This document shows, one piece after another, positions 62,991-64,000 of a stretch of 64,000 bases of DNA. The DNA comes from Octopus sinensis. Taxonomy: Eukaryota. Location of the stretch: assembly GCF_006345805.1 (NCBI RefSeq), contig NC_043000.1, forward strand, positions 54,808,001 through 54,872,000. The letters are read 5' to 3'. Position 1 is the stretch's first letter, and every line of letters begins with the position of its first letter. The notes below the pieces were generated by a model. That model was not told where the DNA came from. It made no database searches and saw only the letters and a program-made list of their open reading frames with translations. A program made the position numbers and the translations under genes.

Positions 62991-63864
62991 AATATACGCA
63001 CATATAATTTATTATATAGCGTGTACTTTCACCAATTAAAAAAACCGTGAAAGTTATAGTCTGACATATAGTGACGTATTTTTTCCTTTACTCGTAGCAG
63101 TTTATTTGTGTGACGTAAAATGTGTAAATTATTTTGTCACTGTTACTATTTGTTTCAACTTAGTTCTCATTTCTAAATCAATAATCCTCGTTTCTATACT
63201 TTCGGGCTCTCATCTTCTGGATGAAGTAACGTTGGCACATATTTTTCCTCTCCTTTTTATGGTTGGCAGATTGAGCGTTGTGATCGTTCGTATTGCTACA
63301 GGATTTCAAATATTCAACGGTTAATTAGTTGTTCAACAGCCAGTGGTTTATACAATGTAATCAGTAGTAGTCGTCAGTAAACTGTGCAGCAAAATTTGCA
63401 AGGTTTAGGATTTAGCGAGGGAATCTGTATGCACAGGAAATTCATTGCATGCCTCTTTATTAAACCTACGTATGTAAATATATTTATAACGTTTCCGAAA
63501 ATACACAGTATCATGAATATATAGGCCGAGCCACAATCTTATATATACGTACAGACATACGTCTAAGTATATATAAAGGGAAAACATATGCACACGCAAA
63601 TACATATACCTGTATATGTATACGCATACACATACATTGACACAAATAGTTAGTACTGAGTTATCAAACAAGAGAATGTTAGAAACCACATTTAGGCAGA
63701 GTTGTGTCTATATAATCACAAGTTAACTCAGCCGCAACTAGCTGAGCGCAGAAATTGTCAAGGTCATCAGATATATGGATTCAGATAGATATTGATTTTG
63801 ACTTCTAAAAACTTGATATAGATGGAATATTAAATTGTGTATAATTAAGTCAACCTGTCAAGAC

Positions 63865-63913
63865 ATATATATATATATAATATATATATATAATATATAT
63901 ATATATATAATAT

Positions 63914-64000
<87 letters not shown>
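63865..64000. repeat. (TA)n/(GA)n/(GATA)n microsatellite
   Basis: Directly visible. Confidence 0.95.

Overview
This is AT-rich eukaryotic DNA saturated with microsatellites and transposon remnants. The SINE families, (TA)n/(AAT)n density and repeat spectrum suggest a coleoid cephalopod, probably Octopus; this is an inference from recalled repeat sequences, not a database result. I cannot support any host protein-coding gene, rRNA, true tRNA gene or CRISPR array, so the window looks intronic or intergenic. Most entries in the ORF track are translations of microsatellites. Recognisable content: one DD36E Tc1-type transposon, five mariner copies or fragments, and a Tc1-like MITE; two R4/Dong-type RLE retrotransposon copies associated with (TAA)n arrays; CR1, RTE and L2/Daphne LINE 3' ends; Penelope-like (PLE) RT and GIY-YIG fragments; non-autonomous Helitrons; and several tRNA-derived SINE families. 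The most interesting observations are four. (1) A tRNA-headed SINE-like element carries a minimal type I hammerhead ribozyme and has an inverted partial copy at its 5' end, the architecture of PLE-mobilised elements. (2) An L2/Daphne LINE 3' tail matches the tail of the commonest SINE here. (3) An R4/Dong-type copy is bracketed by TAA repeats. (4) At least seven unrelated foldback or inverted duplications of different ages occur, several abutting (TA)n. All alignments and mismatch counts were done by eye.
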